A stretch of 64,000 bases of DNA from Promethearchaeota archaeon Loki_b32 (GTDB taxonomy: Archaea > Asgardarchaeota > Lokiarchaeia > Sigyniarchaeales > SOKP01): assembly GCA_005223125.1 (NCBI GenBank), contig NJBH01000004.1:100995-164994 (forward strand), given 5' to 3'. Of the stretch, positions 28,026-38,092 are shown piece after piece. The position numbers and the translations under genes are program-made. A model generated the notes under the pieces. It did not search any database, was not told where the DNA came from, and was given only the letters and a program-made list of their open reading frames with translations. Numbering within the stretch: the stretch's first letter is position 1; every line of letters starts with the position of its first letter.

Positions 28026-29798
28026 ATGTATGGCGAAAATAAGATGAAATCAAATGCAAAATCAAATTTAATCATTATGGGAATCCTTTTCGCTTTATTA
28101 CCAATAATTACAACTAATCTTAGTTATAATACGGACAATAATAACAAAAGTTTGAACTATTGCGATGATTTTACTTTAGATAAGAATAATTTGAAAACCT
28201 TAGCAGTTTCGGGAAAAATTCATATTGACAACAATTGGACTGCTGCTGAGGCTGCGGGAATATGTACAGGGAATGGCACTTATTCCAACCCTTATATTAT
28301 AGAAGATTTGGTAATAGATGGCGGAGGTTCGGGAAGTTGTATCATGATTGAAAATTCTGATGTGTACTTTAGGATTGAGAACTGTTCTGTCTATAATTCG
28401 GGAGGATATCCAAATGCGGGTGCTGGTATCCAATTAAACAATGTTACTAAAGGAAAATTAGTTATAAACAATTGTACATCTAATGCTTATGGGATATCTT
28501 TATATGATTGTAATAATAACACCATTTCGGGAAATACTGTTGATAATAACAATTTAAATGGGATATATTTAGATTTTAGTGATAATAACATCATCTCGGG
28601 AAACTCCGCTGATAACAATCATTATGGGATATATTTAGATAGCCAATGTGATAATAACAATATTTCAGGAAACTCCGCTGATAACAATCATTATGGGATA
28701 TTTTTATTTGATAATTGTGATAATAACATCATCTCGGGAAACACCGCAAATTACAACTCTTATGGGATATATTTAGTGTATAGTGATTATAACACGGTCT
28801 CAGGAAACACCGCAAATTACAACACTTATGGGATATATTTATGGGATAGTAAAAATACCACTATTTCGGGAAACATAATGAATGAATGTGGATTAAACTT
28901 TTGGCGTTCTTTTGAAGAACTAAATATTGATACTACAAATTTAGTGAATGGAAAACCTTTATATTATTACAGCAATGACGTAAATTTAGGACCAGCCAAT
29001 TTTATAAACGCTGGGCAAGTAATATTGGTCAATTGTAGTGATTCACTCATATCAAACTTGAATGTTTCTTACAGTTCTAATGGAATTTCATTATATTATT
29101 GTATTAACAACACCATCTCGGGAAATACTGTTGATAATAACAATTTAAATGGGATATATTTACGTTATAGTGATAATAACATCATCTCGGGAAACATCGC
29201 AATTGACAACGCCAATTATGGGATATTTTTATTTGATAATTGTGATAATAACATCGTCTCGGGAAACACCGCAATTAACAACTATTGGGCTGGGATAGGA
29301 TTATTTTATAGTATTAATAGTACGATTTCGGGAAATACTGCAAGTGACAATAAGTATGGGATAGATATATGGCATAGTTATAATAATATAATCTCGGGAA
29401 ACACCGCAAATTACAACTCTTATGGGATATATTTAGAGGATAGTGGTTATAACACGGTCTCAGGAAACACCGCAAATTACAACACTTATGGGATATGTTT
29501 AGAGTATAGTGGTTATAACACGGTCTCAGGAAACACCGCAAATTACAATTATAGGTACGGGATGAATTTGTGTGAGAGTAATTATAACGTTATTTCGGGA
29601 AATACCTTAATAGGAAATGATGCATGCATCGTAGAAGATAATTGTGTAGGGAATGAATTTAGTGATAATGGCTCTTGTACCTATGGTGACGGTGGTAGTA
29701 AAGGAGATGGAACGATTTCAGGATATAATCTATTCTTTCTGCTTGCCATTCTTTCGGTTGCTGTAATCCTTATAAGCAAAAAACTAAAGAAAGGTTAA
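28026..29798 (+). CDS. Right-handed parallel beta-helix repeat surface protein with N-terminal signal/anchor and C-terminal TM anchor
   Basis: Hydrophobic N-terminus. Many 22-aa units (ISGNTA.YN.YGIYL..S..N). C-terminal LFFLLAILSVAVILISKKLKKG. N-domain TGNGTYSNPYIIEDLVIDGGGSGSCI.IENSDV.FRIENC is shared with 40955-42268. Confidence 0.8.
   Translation: MYGENKMKSNAKSNLIIMGILFALLPIITTNLSYNTDNNNKSLNYCDDFTLDKNNLKTLAVSGKIHIDNNWTAAEAAGICTGNGTYSNPYIIEDLVIDGGGSGSCIMIENSDVYFRIENCSVYNSGGYPNAGAGIQLNNVTKGKLVINNCTSNAYGISLYDCNNNTISGNTVDNNNLNGIYLDFSDNNIISGNSADNNHYGIYLDSQCDNNNISGNSADNNHYGIFLFDNCDNNIISGNTANYNSYGIYLVYSDYNTVSGNTANYNTYGIYLWDSKNTTISGNIMNECGLNFWRSFEELNIDTTNLVNGKPLYYYSNDVNLGPANFINAGQVILVNCSDSLISNLNVSYSSNGISLYYCINNTISGNTVDNNNLNGIYLRYSDNNIISGNIAIDNANYGIFLFDNCDNNIVSGNTAINNYWAGIGLFYSINSTISGNTASDNKYGIDIWHSYNNIISGNTANYNSYGIYLEDSGYNTVSGNTANYNTYGICLEYSGYNTVSGNTANYNYRYGMNLCESNYNVISGNTLIGNDACIVEDNCVGNEFSDNGSCTYGDGGSKGDGTISGYNLFFLLAILSVAVILISKKLKKG
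28500..29560 (+). repeat. Near-identical intragenic DNA modules inside the beta-helix gene
   Basis: 28731-28840 vs 29391-29500 (offset 660). 28519-28605 vs 29108-29194 (offset 589). 28691-28750 vs 29216-29275 (offset 525). Each pair has only a few mismatches. Confidence 0.85.
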
Positions 29799-29804
29799 AT
29801 TCTA

Positions 29805-29831
29805 TTTTTTTCTTTTTTATTCTATTTTTTT
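29805..29831 (+). terminator. Oligo-T termination tract (T7, T6, T7) after the beta-helix gene
   Basis: Three T-runs lie within 35 nt of the stop. Archaeal terminators are oligo-T tracts. Confidence 0.45.
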
Positions 29832-29870
29832 CAGCTCTCGACTGAATTATATTTAAAGGCAAAATTTTAT

Positions 29871-30002
29871 TTTGCCCCCCAAAAATAACCCCAAAACCAT
29901 TTCCCAAGAATAATCCAACATACATTGATCCGAATCTTTTTCCTCTTTCATTTGAAATAAATAAATCTCCAATTATAGAAAATCCAATTATTGCATTAGT
30001 CT
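29871..30002 (-). pseudogene. MFS-transporter fragment
   Basis: The minus strand reads KTNAIIGFSIIGDLFISNERGKRFGSMYVGLFLGNGFGVIFGG (MFS motif-A-like G..D..G.R). There is a stop directly upstream and no intact N- or C-terminal parts. Confidence 0.5.
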
Positions 30003-30189
30003 TTTAAATTTTTGTTACATTAATCTTATAGGTCTTCAATTTAATCTTTTAGAATGATTAAAGCAATGTATAAAATCTAGAAGATCAATTATTACTTTTT
30101 CTTTAGCTATTCTGGATATTAGAAGTGAGCACACTAACTTTCATACTCACCGATCGTATCCATTATTTATACCAACAAGAGACTTATCT

Positions 30190-30262
30190 TCACACATTAT
30201 CTGGGTTCCAAAATGATTTTACTCCATGGAAGTCTTTGAAGTTCTTTATATTATGGATAAGG
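30190..30262. repeat. Direct repeat copy B (pairs with 25225-25297); equals the 3' end of the intact radical-SAM gene
   Basis: See copy A. Confidence 0.85.
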
Positions 30263-31656
30263 ACCTTGAGCATTGAAAAAAATTTGTAAGAATTTGTGGT
30301 ACTTCTATAAAATGATTTCAGCAAAAAATTAGGATTCATAAAAAACTGCTTTAGCATTACCAGAATTAAATTAGAAATCTTTTCTGTTGGTACTCCATTC
30401 GGGTCAATGTCAGAGATATGAACTCCTTCTTCCCAATATTTATCTTCATCAAGAATATTTTTCTCAACCATTTCATCCCAAATATCAGTTCCAGGCATTG
30501 TTCCAAGAAGATTATAAACGGGAAAATCAATGTCTATTTTTTGAGCAAACTTTAATGTATTATATATCTCTTTAAAAGTTTCACTAGGTGCACCAACAAT
30601 AAATGAACCTAAGATAAATGGAATTTTTGCTTTTCGTGTTTTTTTTACTGCAGCGATTGATTGTGCCGGTGTAATTCCTTTTTTATAATAGTCAAGAATT
30701 CTTTGATTTGCACTTTCTACACCAAAAAAAATAATTCTGCAATTTGCTCTTTTCATTTCCCTCAACATTTCATCAGAGACTTGATTTACCCTTCCTTCAC
30801 ATATCCAATCAAGATCTACTTTATGTTTTTGCATTAATCGACAAAGCCTTATGACTCTTTTTTTCGATACTGTAAAATTATCATCTACAAAATTTAGATA
30901 TTTATATCCTTCACTATCTAAATGTAAGATTTCTTCCATAATATTCTCTACAGAACGGGTTCTAAATCCAACAGTTCTTTTTCCATAACAAAAAGTACAA
31001 TGATAAGGGCACCCTCGAGAGGAAACCATAGATGTAAAACCCTTGGGTGCAAATTCCAACCCCCCAAAACTTCCTTTATAATCCATTTTCAAAGCTTTTC
31101 TATCCGGGAGTGGGATAGAGTCAAGATCTTTAATTAGAGGGCGTTGTTCATTTCTCTTGAATTTTCCATTTTCTCTATAAGTTAAACCTTTAATATCTTT
31201 TAACGGTTGATTTCTTTCTAGTGCTTTTACTAATTCTAGGAAGGTATATTCCCCTTCATCTCTTACACAAATATCAACTTGGGAGTATTTATTTAGAATT
31301 CTATAATCATTATGGTTTGCATGTCGATTTCCAAACACTATCTTAATATTGGGGTTCCACTTTTTTACTTCGATAGAAGTTAAGGCTGCACTAATTCCTG
31401 ATCCTGATACTGTTAAAGTAGAAAATCCTAAAATGTCCGGGTCTTGCTTTTTAATCCATCTTACTATTTGCTGTAAATTAAAACCTCTTGCTGCTTGGTC
31501 AATTATATCAACTTGATAATTTTCTTTTTTTAATACCGCACTTAGATAGCAGATACCTAAAGGAGGATATATATGATCTGCATTTACGATAATTCTACCT
31601 TTACTTAGAATTTCTCCTGGCCCTGGATTTACTAACGCGATTTTAAATATCTTCAC
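30190..31656 (-). CDS. B12-binding radical SAM protein (class B)
   Basis: SRGCPYHCTFC cluster motif and an N-terminal B12-binding-like domain. Paralog of 23724-25187. Confidence 0.8.
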   Translation of the reverse strand: MKIFKIALVNPGPGEILSKGRIIVNADHIYPPLGICYLSAVLKKENYQVDIIDQAARGFNLQQIVRWIKKQDPDILGFSTLTVSGSGISAALTSIEVKKWNPNIKIVFGNRHANHNDYRILNKYSQVDICVRDEGEYTFLELVKALERNQPLKDIKGLTYRENGKFKRNEQRPLIKDLDSIPLPDRKALKMDYKGSFGGLEFAPKGFTSMVSSRGCPYHCTFCYGKRTVGFRTRSVENIMEEILHLDSEGYKYLNFVDDNFTVSKKRVIRLCRLMQKHKVDLDWICEGRVNQVSDEMLREMKRANCRIIFFGVESANQRILDYYKKGITPAQSIAAVKKTRKAKIPFILGSFIVGAPSETFKEIYNTLKFAQKIDIDFPVYNLLGTMPGTDIWDEMVEKNILDEDKYWEEGVHISDIDPNGVPTEKISNLILVMLKQFFMNPNFLLKSFYRSTTNSYKFFSMLKVLIHNIKNFKDFHGVKSFWNPDNV

Positions 31657-31821
31657 CGTTTATTTATTGATTATTAGATGTTTTCTCTCTAATTAAAAAT
31701 AAAAATCTTTATTGATTATCTTTCAATTATTCTTAAATAATTTAATTTTAATCAAATATTTGTAGTTTCTTTTAGTTTATGAATACTAAATTAAGGAATT
31801 AATTAAAATTAGTGAATTATA

Positions 31822-32697
31822 TTGTTAAAAGGAAAAAATGTAGTAATAACTGGAGCAGGTAGAGGGATTGGAAAAGCAATAGCATTAGCATGTGCCAAAG
31901 AAGGAGCAAATCTAGGTTTAGTCGCAAGAACAATCGAAGAACTGAATAATATTAAGAAGGAAGTAGAAGATCTAGGAACAAATATGAAGGTTATTGTTCA
32001 ATCAGCAGATGTTACTAATTTTCAAGAAGTAATGGAAGCTTTTATGACAATTCATGAAGAAATTGGTTTTTTTAATGGTGTAATCGCAAATGCAGGTTAT
32101 TCTCGAATGTGGGCCACTCATGAATTTATTAACGAAAAATTTGCTGAAATTTTAAATGTGAACGTACTCGGAGTCTTTTACACATTTAAAGCAGCTTATC
32201 CTTACATGAAGAAGGATGATAAAAAAGATAAAGCAAGATTTATTATAACTGGAAGTGAAGCATATCCAAACGCTCCATCAAGACTTACTGCATATGTCGC
32301 AAGTAAATTTGCCGTTGTAGGAATGCAAAAAGCCATGTCAGCAGAATATAAAAGAGAGAATATTAATTTTACTATGGTATTACCAACACAAATAGATACA
32401 CGTTTATTGAGAGGAAAGAAAGCAGGAGATGGAAACAAACCGGAGCATGTTTTAAATCCTTGGGATTTAAATGATTATTATCTTTTTCTATTATCTGAAA
32501 AAGCTAATAGAGTTGATAATGGTCTAATCTTTACCTACGACTTTCAAGAAGTAAAGAAATTATTAGCTGAAGCTCCTTCAGGCAAGAAGGAGAATTGGGA
32601 GGTTTTCAAAGATTTTTTTGAGGAAAAAGCTCCAAAAAGTTATGAAAACGTTAAAAATCTTGGAAAACTCGTTGATTTTATTATTACTCGGTCTTAA
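31822..32697 (+). CDS. Short-chain dehydrogenase/reductase (SDR)
   Basis: VVITGAGRGIGKAIA (TGxxxGxG) and YVASKFAV (YxxxK). TTG start. Confidence 0.8.
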   Translation: MLKGKNVVITGAGRGIGKAIALACAKEGANLGLVARTIEELNNIKKEVEDLGTNMKVIVQSADVTNFQEVMEAFMTIHEEIGFFNGVIANAGYSRMWATHEFINEKFAEILNVNVLGVFYTFKAAYPYMKKDDKKDKARFIITGSEAYPNAPSRLTAYVASKFAVVGMQKAMSAEYKRENINFTMVLPTQIDTRLLRGKKAGDGNKPEHVLNPWDLNDYYLFLLSEKANRVDNGLIFTYDFQEVKKLLAEAPSGKKENWEVFKDFFEEKAPKSYENVKNLGKLVDFIITRS

Positions 32698-32859
32698 GAA
32701 TTAATTCTATAGTTTTTATTTCTACATTTAAAATTATTATTTTTCATTGAAAAGAATAAAATAAAGTTAAAATAATTTTAAACTCTTATCTAATTGAAGA
32801 GTTAACATTTATAAAATAATAGATTAAACCTCCAAGTTAACCTTTGAGGGATAATTATT

Positions 32860-34515
32860 ATGACTGAACACGACAAAATTAAACAAGATAAGGAAGAATG
32901 GGAAAATTCTATTTCACTTAAAAAAGAAAGAAAACAAAGTTTTAGGAACTTATCTGAAATAGAAATTAATAGATTATATACTCCCAATGATATTAAAGAT
33001 TTTAATTATGCTCTTGATTTAGGATTTCCAGGTCAATACCCCTTTACACGAGGAGCATATCCAAATATGTATAGAGGGCAACTATGGACTATGCGTCAAT
33101 TCGCAGGATTTGGAAATGCAGAACAAACAAATAAACGCTATAAATTTTTAATTAATCATGGTAATACTGGTTTAAGTGTAGCTTTTAGTTTGCATACTAT
33201 TTATGGCATTGATGCAACTGATCCAAGAGCCTTAGGGGAAATTGGTAAGGAGGGTGTAGCAATAGATTCTCTAAAAGATATGCAAACTTTATTTGATGGG
33301 ATTGACCTTTCAAAGATAAGTACTTCTATGACTATTAATGGTCCTGCTTCAATTTTACTAGCCTTATATATTGTGACCGCTGAAAAACAAGGCCATACTC
33401 CAGATCAGTTAAGAGGAACTATTCAAAATGATATTTTGAAAGAATATATTGCTCAAAAATCGTGGATTTTTCCTCCTGAACCATCAATGCGAATTATAAT
33501 TGATACGATAGAGTATTGTGCAAAATACGTCCCTCAATGGTATACCATAAGTATAAGTGGTTATCACATCAGAGAAGCGGGATCTACAGCAGTTCAAGAA
33601 TTAGCTTTTACATTAGCAGATGGTTTTGCATATGTTGAAGCTGCGTTAGAGAGAGGCTTGGACATAGATGATTTTGCGCCTCGTTTATCCTTTTTCTTTA
33701 ATTCACACAATAATTTTTTTGAGGAAGTGTGCAAATATCGAGCAGCAAGACGAATATGGGCTAGACATATGAAAAATAAATATGAAGCAAAGAAACCAGA
33801 ATCAATGCGATTAAGATTTCATACGCAAACCGCAGGAGTATCATTAGCAGCTCAAGAACCTGAAAATAATATCGCAAGAGTTACTCTACAAGCACTAGCT
33901 TCGGTTCTAGGAGGAACTCAATCATTACACACTAATTCTTTTGATGAGGCATTATGTCTTCCAACAGAAAATGCTGTGAAAATTGCGTTACGAACTCAAC
34001 AAATAATTGCTTATGAATCAGGAGTAACAGATACAGTTGATCCATTAGCAGGTTCTTATTATGTAGAATGGCTCACAAATAAAATGGAAGAAGAAGCAGA
34101 AAACTATTTTCAACAAATTGAAGACCTTGGAGGTGTGATTCCCGCAATAAAAGCTAATTTCTTTCAAAAAGAAATTGCTAATGCTTCTTATAAATATCAG
34201 CAAGAAATTGAGAATAGAGAAAGAACAATCGTTGCTGTAAATCAATTTGAACAAAGAGAACCATGCTCTGTACCTCTTTTAAAAATTGATGAAGAGATTG
34301 CGAATGAGCAAATTAGAAAACTTAATAAATTAAAAGAAGAACGAGATAATAAAAAAGTTAATGAGAAATTAGAAAGATTAAAAGAAGCAGCCAAAGGAAC
34401 AGAAAATTTAATGCCATTCATTATTGATGCAATAAGAGAATATGCATCCATAGGAGAGATTATAAATGTTTTAAAAGAAATTTTTGGTGCATATCATGAG
34501 GATTCAATATACTAG
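32860..34515 (+). CDS. Methylmalonyl-CoA (acyl-CoA) mutase, large catalytic subunit
   Basis: FTRGAYPNMYRGQLWTMRQFAGFG, NTGLSVAF, and HTQTAG...LQALA motifs of the acyl-CoA mutase TIM barrel. Confidence 0.9.
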   Translation: MTEHDKIKQDKEEWENSISLKKERKQSFRNLSEIEINRLYTPNDIKDFNYALDLGFPGQYPFTRGAYPNMYRGQLWTMRQFAGFGNAEQTNKRYKFLINHGNTGLSVAFSLHTIYGIDATDPRALGEIGKEGVAIDSLKDMQTLFDGIDLSKISTSMTINGPASILLALYIVTAEKQGHTPDQLRGTIQNDILKEYIAQKSWIFPPEPSMRIIIDTIEYCAKYVPQWYTISISGYHIREAGSTAVQELAFTLADGFAYVEAALERGLDIDDFAPRLSFFFNSHNNFFEEVCKYRAARRIWARHMKNKYEAKKPESMRLRFHTQTAGVSLAAQEPENNIARVTLQALASVLGGTQSLHTNSFDEALCLPTENAVKIALRTQQIIAYESGVTDTVDPLAGSYYVEWLTNKMEEEAENYFQQIEDLGGVIPAIKANFFQKEIANASYKYQQEIENRERTIVAVNQFEQREPCSVPLLKIDEEIANEQIRKLNKLKEERDNKKVNEKLERLKEAAKGTENLMPFIIDAIREYASIGEIINVLKEIFGAYHEDSIY

Positions 34516-34525
34516 GTGATATCAA

Positions 34526-34927
34526 ATGTCAAAAGAAAGAAAAATCAAGGTTCTATGTTGTAAACCCGGGCTTGATGGTCATGATAGAGGTGTTAAAGTT
34601 CTAGCAAGAGCTCTAAGAGATGCAGGAATGGAAGTAATTTACACTGGCATACACCAAACTCCAGATGATATTGTAAATACCGTTATCCAGGAAGACCCGG
34701 ATGCTGTAATGTTAAGTATGTTATCTGGCTCTCATAATGCAATATGCCCTATTATCATGGATAAATTAAAAGAACATGGTATTGATGATGTTCTAGTCGC
34801 TGTAGGTGGCATAATTCCTGATGAAGATAAAACATTCTTAGAAAGTCACGGTCTTAAAGGATTTTATGGTCCTGGTACTGATTTAAAAACGATTGTTGAT
34901 TTTGTTAAAAACAACCTAAAAAGATAA
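34526..34927 (+). CDS. Methylmalonyl-CoA mutase, B12-binding small subunit
   Basis: KPGLDGHDRG (DxHxxG), LSMLSG and AVGG motifs. GGTGA lies 6 nt upstream of the ATG. Confidence 0.9.
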   Translation: MSKERKIKVLCCKPGLDGHDRGVKVLARALRDAGMEVIYTGIHQTPDDIVNTVIQEDPDAVMLSMLSGSHNAICPIIMDKLKEHGIDDVLVAVGGIIPDEDKTFLESHGLKGFYGPGTDLKTIVDFVKNNLKR

Positions 34928-34933
34928 TACTAA

Positions 34934-35929
34934 ATGGAATATTCTAATCTTATTTCTCAATTATTAAAAGGACACCCTAGAGCCGCAGCACGTTTAATTA
35001 CTTTTGTCGAAAATGATATTGAAGCAGCTGAAGAAATTGTAAATTCTATTTATGAACATACTGGTAATGCATATATTTTAGGTATTACAGGTGCACCTGG
35101 AACTGGTAAATCAACCTTTATTTCAACGTTAATTAAAATTTATGTTGAACAAGGGAAAAAAATTGGAATTATCTGCGTGGATCCAACTTCTCCTTTAACT
35201 GGAGGCGCTCTTTTAGGAGACCGAATCCGCATGAAGCAACTTTTTTCCATTGATAATGTTTTTATTAGAAGTATGGCAAATCGAGGTCAATTAGGAGGAC
35301 TCGCTAGAGCAACGGAGGATGTTATAAAAATACTTGATGCATACGGATGTGATATAGTAATCGTTGAAACGGTCGGAGTTGGACAATCTGAAGTAGATAT
35401 TTTCAAATCTGCCCACACTGTTGTAGTATTGTTAGTTCCAGGACTAGGAGATGACATTCAGGCGATAAAGTCAGGTATTATGGAAATTACCGATATTTTT
35501 GTGGTAAATAAAATGGATTTACCGGGCGCAGATAAGAAGATCGCTGAAATACAACAAATGTTAGAGTTTAAGAAGAATTATAAATACGATTCAAAAGAGA
35601 TAAGTGAGAAATTTGCTAAAATTGAACAATGGACACCAGAAATTACAAAAGTAAATTCTAAAATTGGAGAAAATTTTGATGAACTTCTGGGACTAATAAA
35701 AAAACATAAATCATTCTTAGAAGAATCAGGTGTTATTTCGAATTATCTGAAAAATCGAATTACAAATGAGACCATACAGATTTTAAAATATAAATTAACG
35801 GAAAAAGTGGAAGAATTACTGAATTCTGATAAGGAAATAGGTAAATATATTGATCAGGCTATTAAAAAATCGTTAGATCCTTACTCTATGGCAAATCTAA
35901 TAATTAAAATGCTAGGTCTTGAGAAATAG
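34934..35929 (+). CDS. meaB: MeaB/ArgK-type G-protein chaperone of the mutase
   Basis: GAPGTGKST P-loop, VETVGVGQSE and VNKMD motifs. Located in the operon with the mutase subunits. Confidence 0.85.
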   Translation: MEYSNLISQLLKGHPRAAARLITFVENDIEAAEEIVNSIYEHTGNAYILGITGAPGTGKSTFISTLIKIYVEQGKKIGIICVDPTSPLTGGALLGDRIRMKQLFSIDNVFIRSMANRGQLGGLARATEDVIKILDAYGCDIVIVETVGVGQSEVDIFKSAHTVVVLLVPGLGDDIQAIKSGIMEITDIFVVNKMDLPGADKKIAEIQQMLEFKKNYKYDSKEISEKFAKIEQWTPEITKVNSKIGENFDELLGLIKKHKSFLEESGVISNYLKNRITNETIQILKYKLTEKVEELLNSDKEIGKYIDQAIKKSLDPYSMANLIIKMLGLEK

Positions 35930-36025
35930 AAATCTTACCATTTTATTACAAAAAGACAGAAATGAAATGCTTTTAATTTAATCATTCTTTCAGAATTACC
36001 AAATATTATTTAGGTAGTTTTAAAA

Positions 36026-36661
36026 ATGAAAAACATAACTCTTTCAAATACAAATCTTTTAATTTATCGCATTATTTTTGCGGGATTAAACTGGTTTACT
36101 TTAATAGCAAGCGCAGTTATCTATGCCATTACTTATGGAGTTGTTCTTCCTTGGTTTAATGGCTTTAAAGCCTTCACTATGCAAACAAACTTAATTGTGA
36201 CTATATGGTTTACATTAGCAATTATATGGTATAATAAGCCAGAAACTCTTGATAAAATTTCAGGACCTCTCAAAGGTGCTTTTACACTCTATATTACAAT
36301 AACTTTTGTTTTCTTTGCGGTTCTATTGAGCTCCTTTTACCAACCTACGGGATTTGCAGCATTTAGCAATCTAGTTTTGCACTATATTACCCCAATCGCA
36401 TTTATAGTCGATTGGGTATTAACAGAAACGAAGGTGAGGTATGAATGGAACTATATGCTCTATTGGATCATTTATCCTATATGTTATGTACTATTTGCTG
36501 TTATCCATGGTACTTTCACGGGTAATTACTTATATTATTTTCTAGATATAAACGCACTTGGTATTTTTGGGTTTTTTATATATATCTCAATTTTAATTGC
36601 ATTTGGGATAGCTTTGGGATGTCTATATATTGCTATTAACAGAAAAAGAACGAAAAACTAA
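36026..36661 (+). CDS. Polytopic membrane protein, unknown function
   Basis: Six hydrophobic segments. No motif recognised. Confidence 0.5.
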   Translation: MKNITLSNTNLLIYRIIFAGLNWFTLIASAVIYAITYGVVLPWFNGFKAFTMQTNLIVTIWFTLAIIWYNKPETLDKISGPLKGAFTLYITITFVFFAVLLSSFYQPTGFAAFSNLVLHYITPIAFIVDWVLTETKVRYEWNYMLYWIIYPICYVLFAVIHGTFTGNYLYYFLDINALGIFGFFIYISILIAFGIALGCLYIAINRKRTKN

Positions 36662-36715
36662 AAAAAAATCATTTTAAAATGTAGATCTACTTTTATCTCA
36701 AGAAAGGTTTTGATA

Positions 36716-36964
36716 TCATTTTTTTTTAGGATCAATCCATTCAGAATAGATTTCTACAATTGTTAAGGATTTTTTCCTATGACATTTTTCACATTCTTCA
36801 TCTTCTACTTTTTTAAACACAAAATCTCCAGGTTTAAATATTCTTGAAAAGTCTTCTTTACAATTTCCACATTTAAGTACGCTATGTTTTTTTTCAACAA
36901 ATCTCTTCTTTCGATCCCAATCCATTATCGCAGGAATTGCAGGGAGTTGCGGTTCTTCAGCCAT
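36716..36964 (-). CDS. Small zinc-ribbon protein
   Basis: CGNCKEDF ... CEKCHRKK. Confidence 0.45.
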   Translation of the reverse strand: MAEEPQLPAIPAIMDWDRKKRFVEKKHSVLKCGNCKEDFSRIFKPGDFVFKKVEDEECEKCHRKKSLTIVEIYSEWIDPKKK

Positions 36965-37055
36965 TTTTCTTCAATTTATGATAATTAGTATGTTAGATAG
37001 AAATTCAGAATTATTAATCTTTTAGGTTAAATTAAATAAATTTCAAATAATTAAG

Positions 37056-37844
37056 TTATGAACTTCCCTTATCTTTTTCTTTCTTATGCTTTTTGTGTTT
37101 TTTATCTTTATGTTTTTTCGTTTCAGTCTCATCTTGTTTAATTATATCTTCTTCTTTTACTTGTTCTTCATATGCCTTTTTTTCAACCTTTTTTTCTTCT
37201 GGTTCTGGTTCTGGTTCTGGAGGTTTCGGTTTCTTTGATATGATTACTTTCGCATATCTTATAACTACTTTTCCATATTTGAAACCATCTTGAATAATTT
37301 CTAATATACTATTCTCTGGAACATCACCATTTTCGATTGAGCTTAAAGCTTCATGTATACTATAATTAAATGAATCATTTATCTTTACAGGGATAGGTTC
37401 CGCTCCATAGGATTTATATACATTCATAAATTGGGTATAAAAATTATTTAGAACGTTTTTTTCTGTTTCATTCGCACTATCAATAGCTTTCTTGAACGAA
37501 TCATATAGTGGTAAGAAATTCTTCAATACCGAAGCTGTATATTCAATTCTCAAATTTTGTCGGTTCTTATTCCAACGTTTTTGAGCATTTTCAAATTCTG
37601 CTTGCAGATGCATATATTTATTTTTAGAATCATTACTCTCTTTTTGTAATTGTTCTACTTTCGCTTTAAGATCGGTTAGTTCTTTCTCATATTCCTCCTT
37701 CGAGAAATATTCCAATTCGTAGTGCTCCTTTTCTTCTAACATTTTGATATCTTTACTTTCTGGTTCTGCTTCGATATTTCCTGTATCAACAGATATTCCT
37801 GGTTTAATTTCCTCTTTTATTTCATCGTTGTTATCTTCAGTCAT
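37056..37844 (-). CDS. grpE: GrpE nucleotide-exchange factor with Lys/His-rich C-terminal tail
   Basis: Long coiled coil, AEFENAQKRWNK..., FLPLYDSFKKA, and the C-terminal beta-domain GFKYGKVVIRYAKVIIS. Divergent from dnaK. Confidence 0.8.
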   Translation of the reverse strand: MTEDNNDEIKEEIKPGISVDTGNIEAEPESKDIKMLEEKEHYELEYFSKEEYEKELTDLKAKVEQLQKESNDSKNKYMHLQAEFENAQKRWNKNRQNLRIEYTASVLKNFLPLYDSFKKAIDSANETEKNVLNNFYTQFMNVYKSYGAEPIPVKINDSFNYSIHEALSSIENGDVPENSILEIIQDGFKYGKVVIRYAKVIISKKPKPPEPEPEPEEKKVEKKAYEEQVKEEDIIKQDETETKKHKDKKHKKHKKEKDKGSS

Positions 37845-38092
37845 ATCGATTCCTTATTCATTCATAACTATTATTTATGAATAATAAATATATGATTTGA
37901 AATTGATTATCAATTTTATTTTTTATGATTAAGACATCTTTATAAATAAAATTTTTAACTCTTCTTTAATTACAATTTACTTAGTAAATACAAATTAACA
38001 AATTAGAATAATTAAATTATTAAATTCTAGAAAACCTTTCAAAATTAATAGTATAAATACAAACAAATCCAAGAAAAGAAGATGAGATTGAA

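Noticed and set aside
28500-29560. A CRISPR-like appearance of regularly spaced repeats.
   Set aside because: The repeats are in-frame 66-nt coding units of a beta-helix protein. No spacer-like unique segments or cas genes are present.
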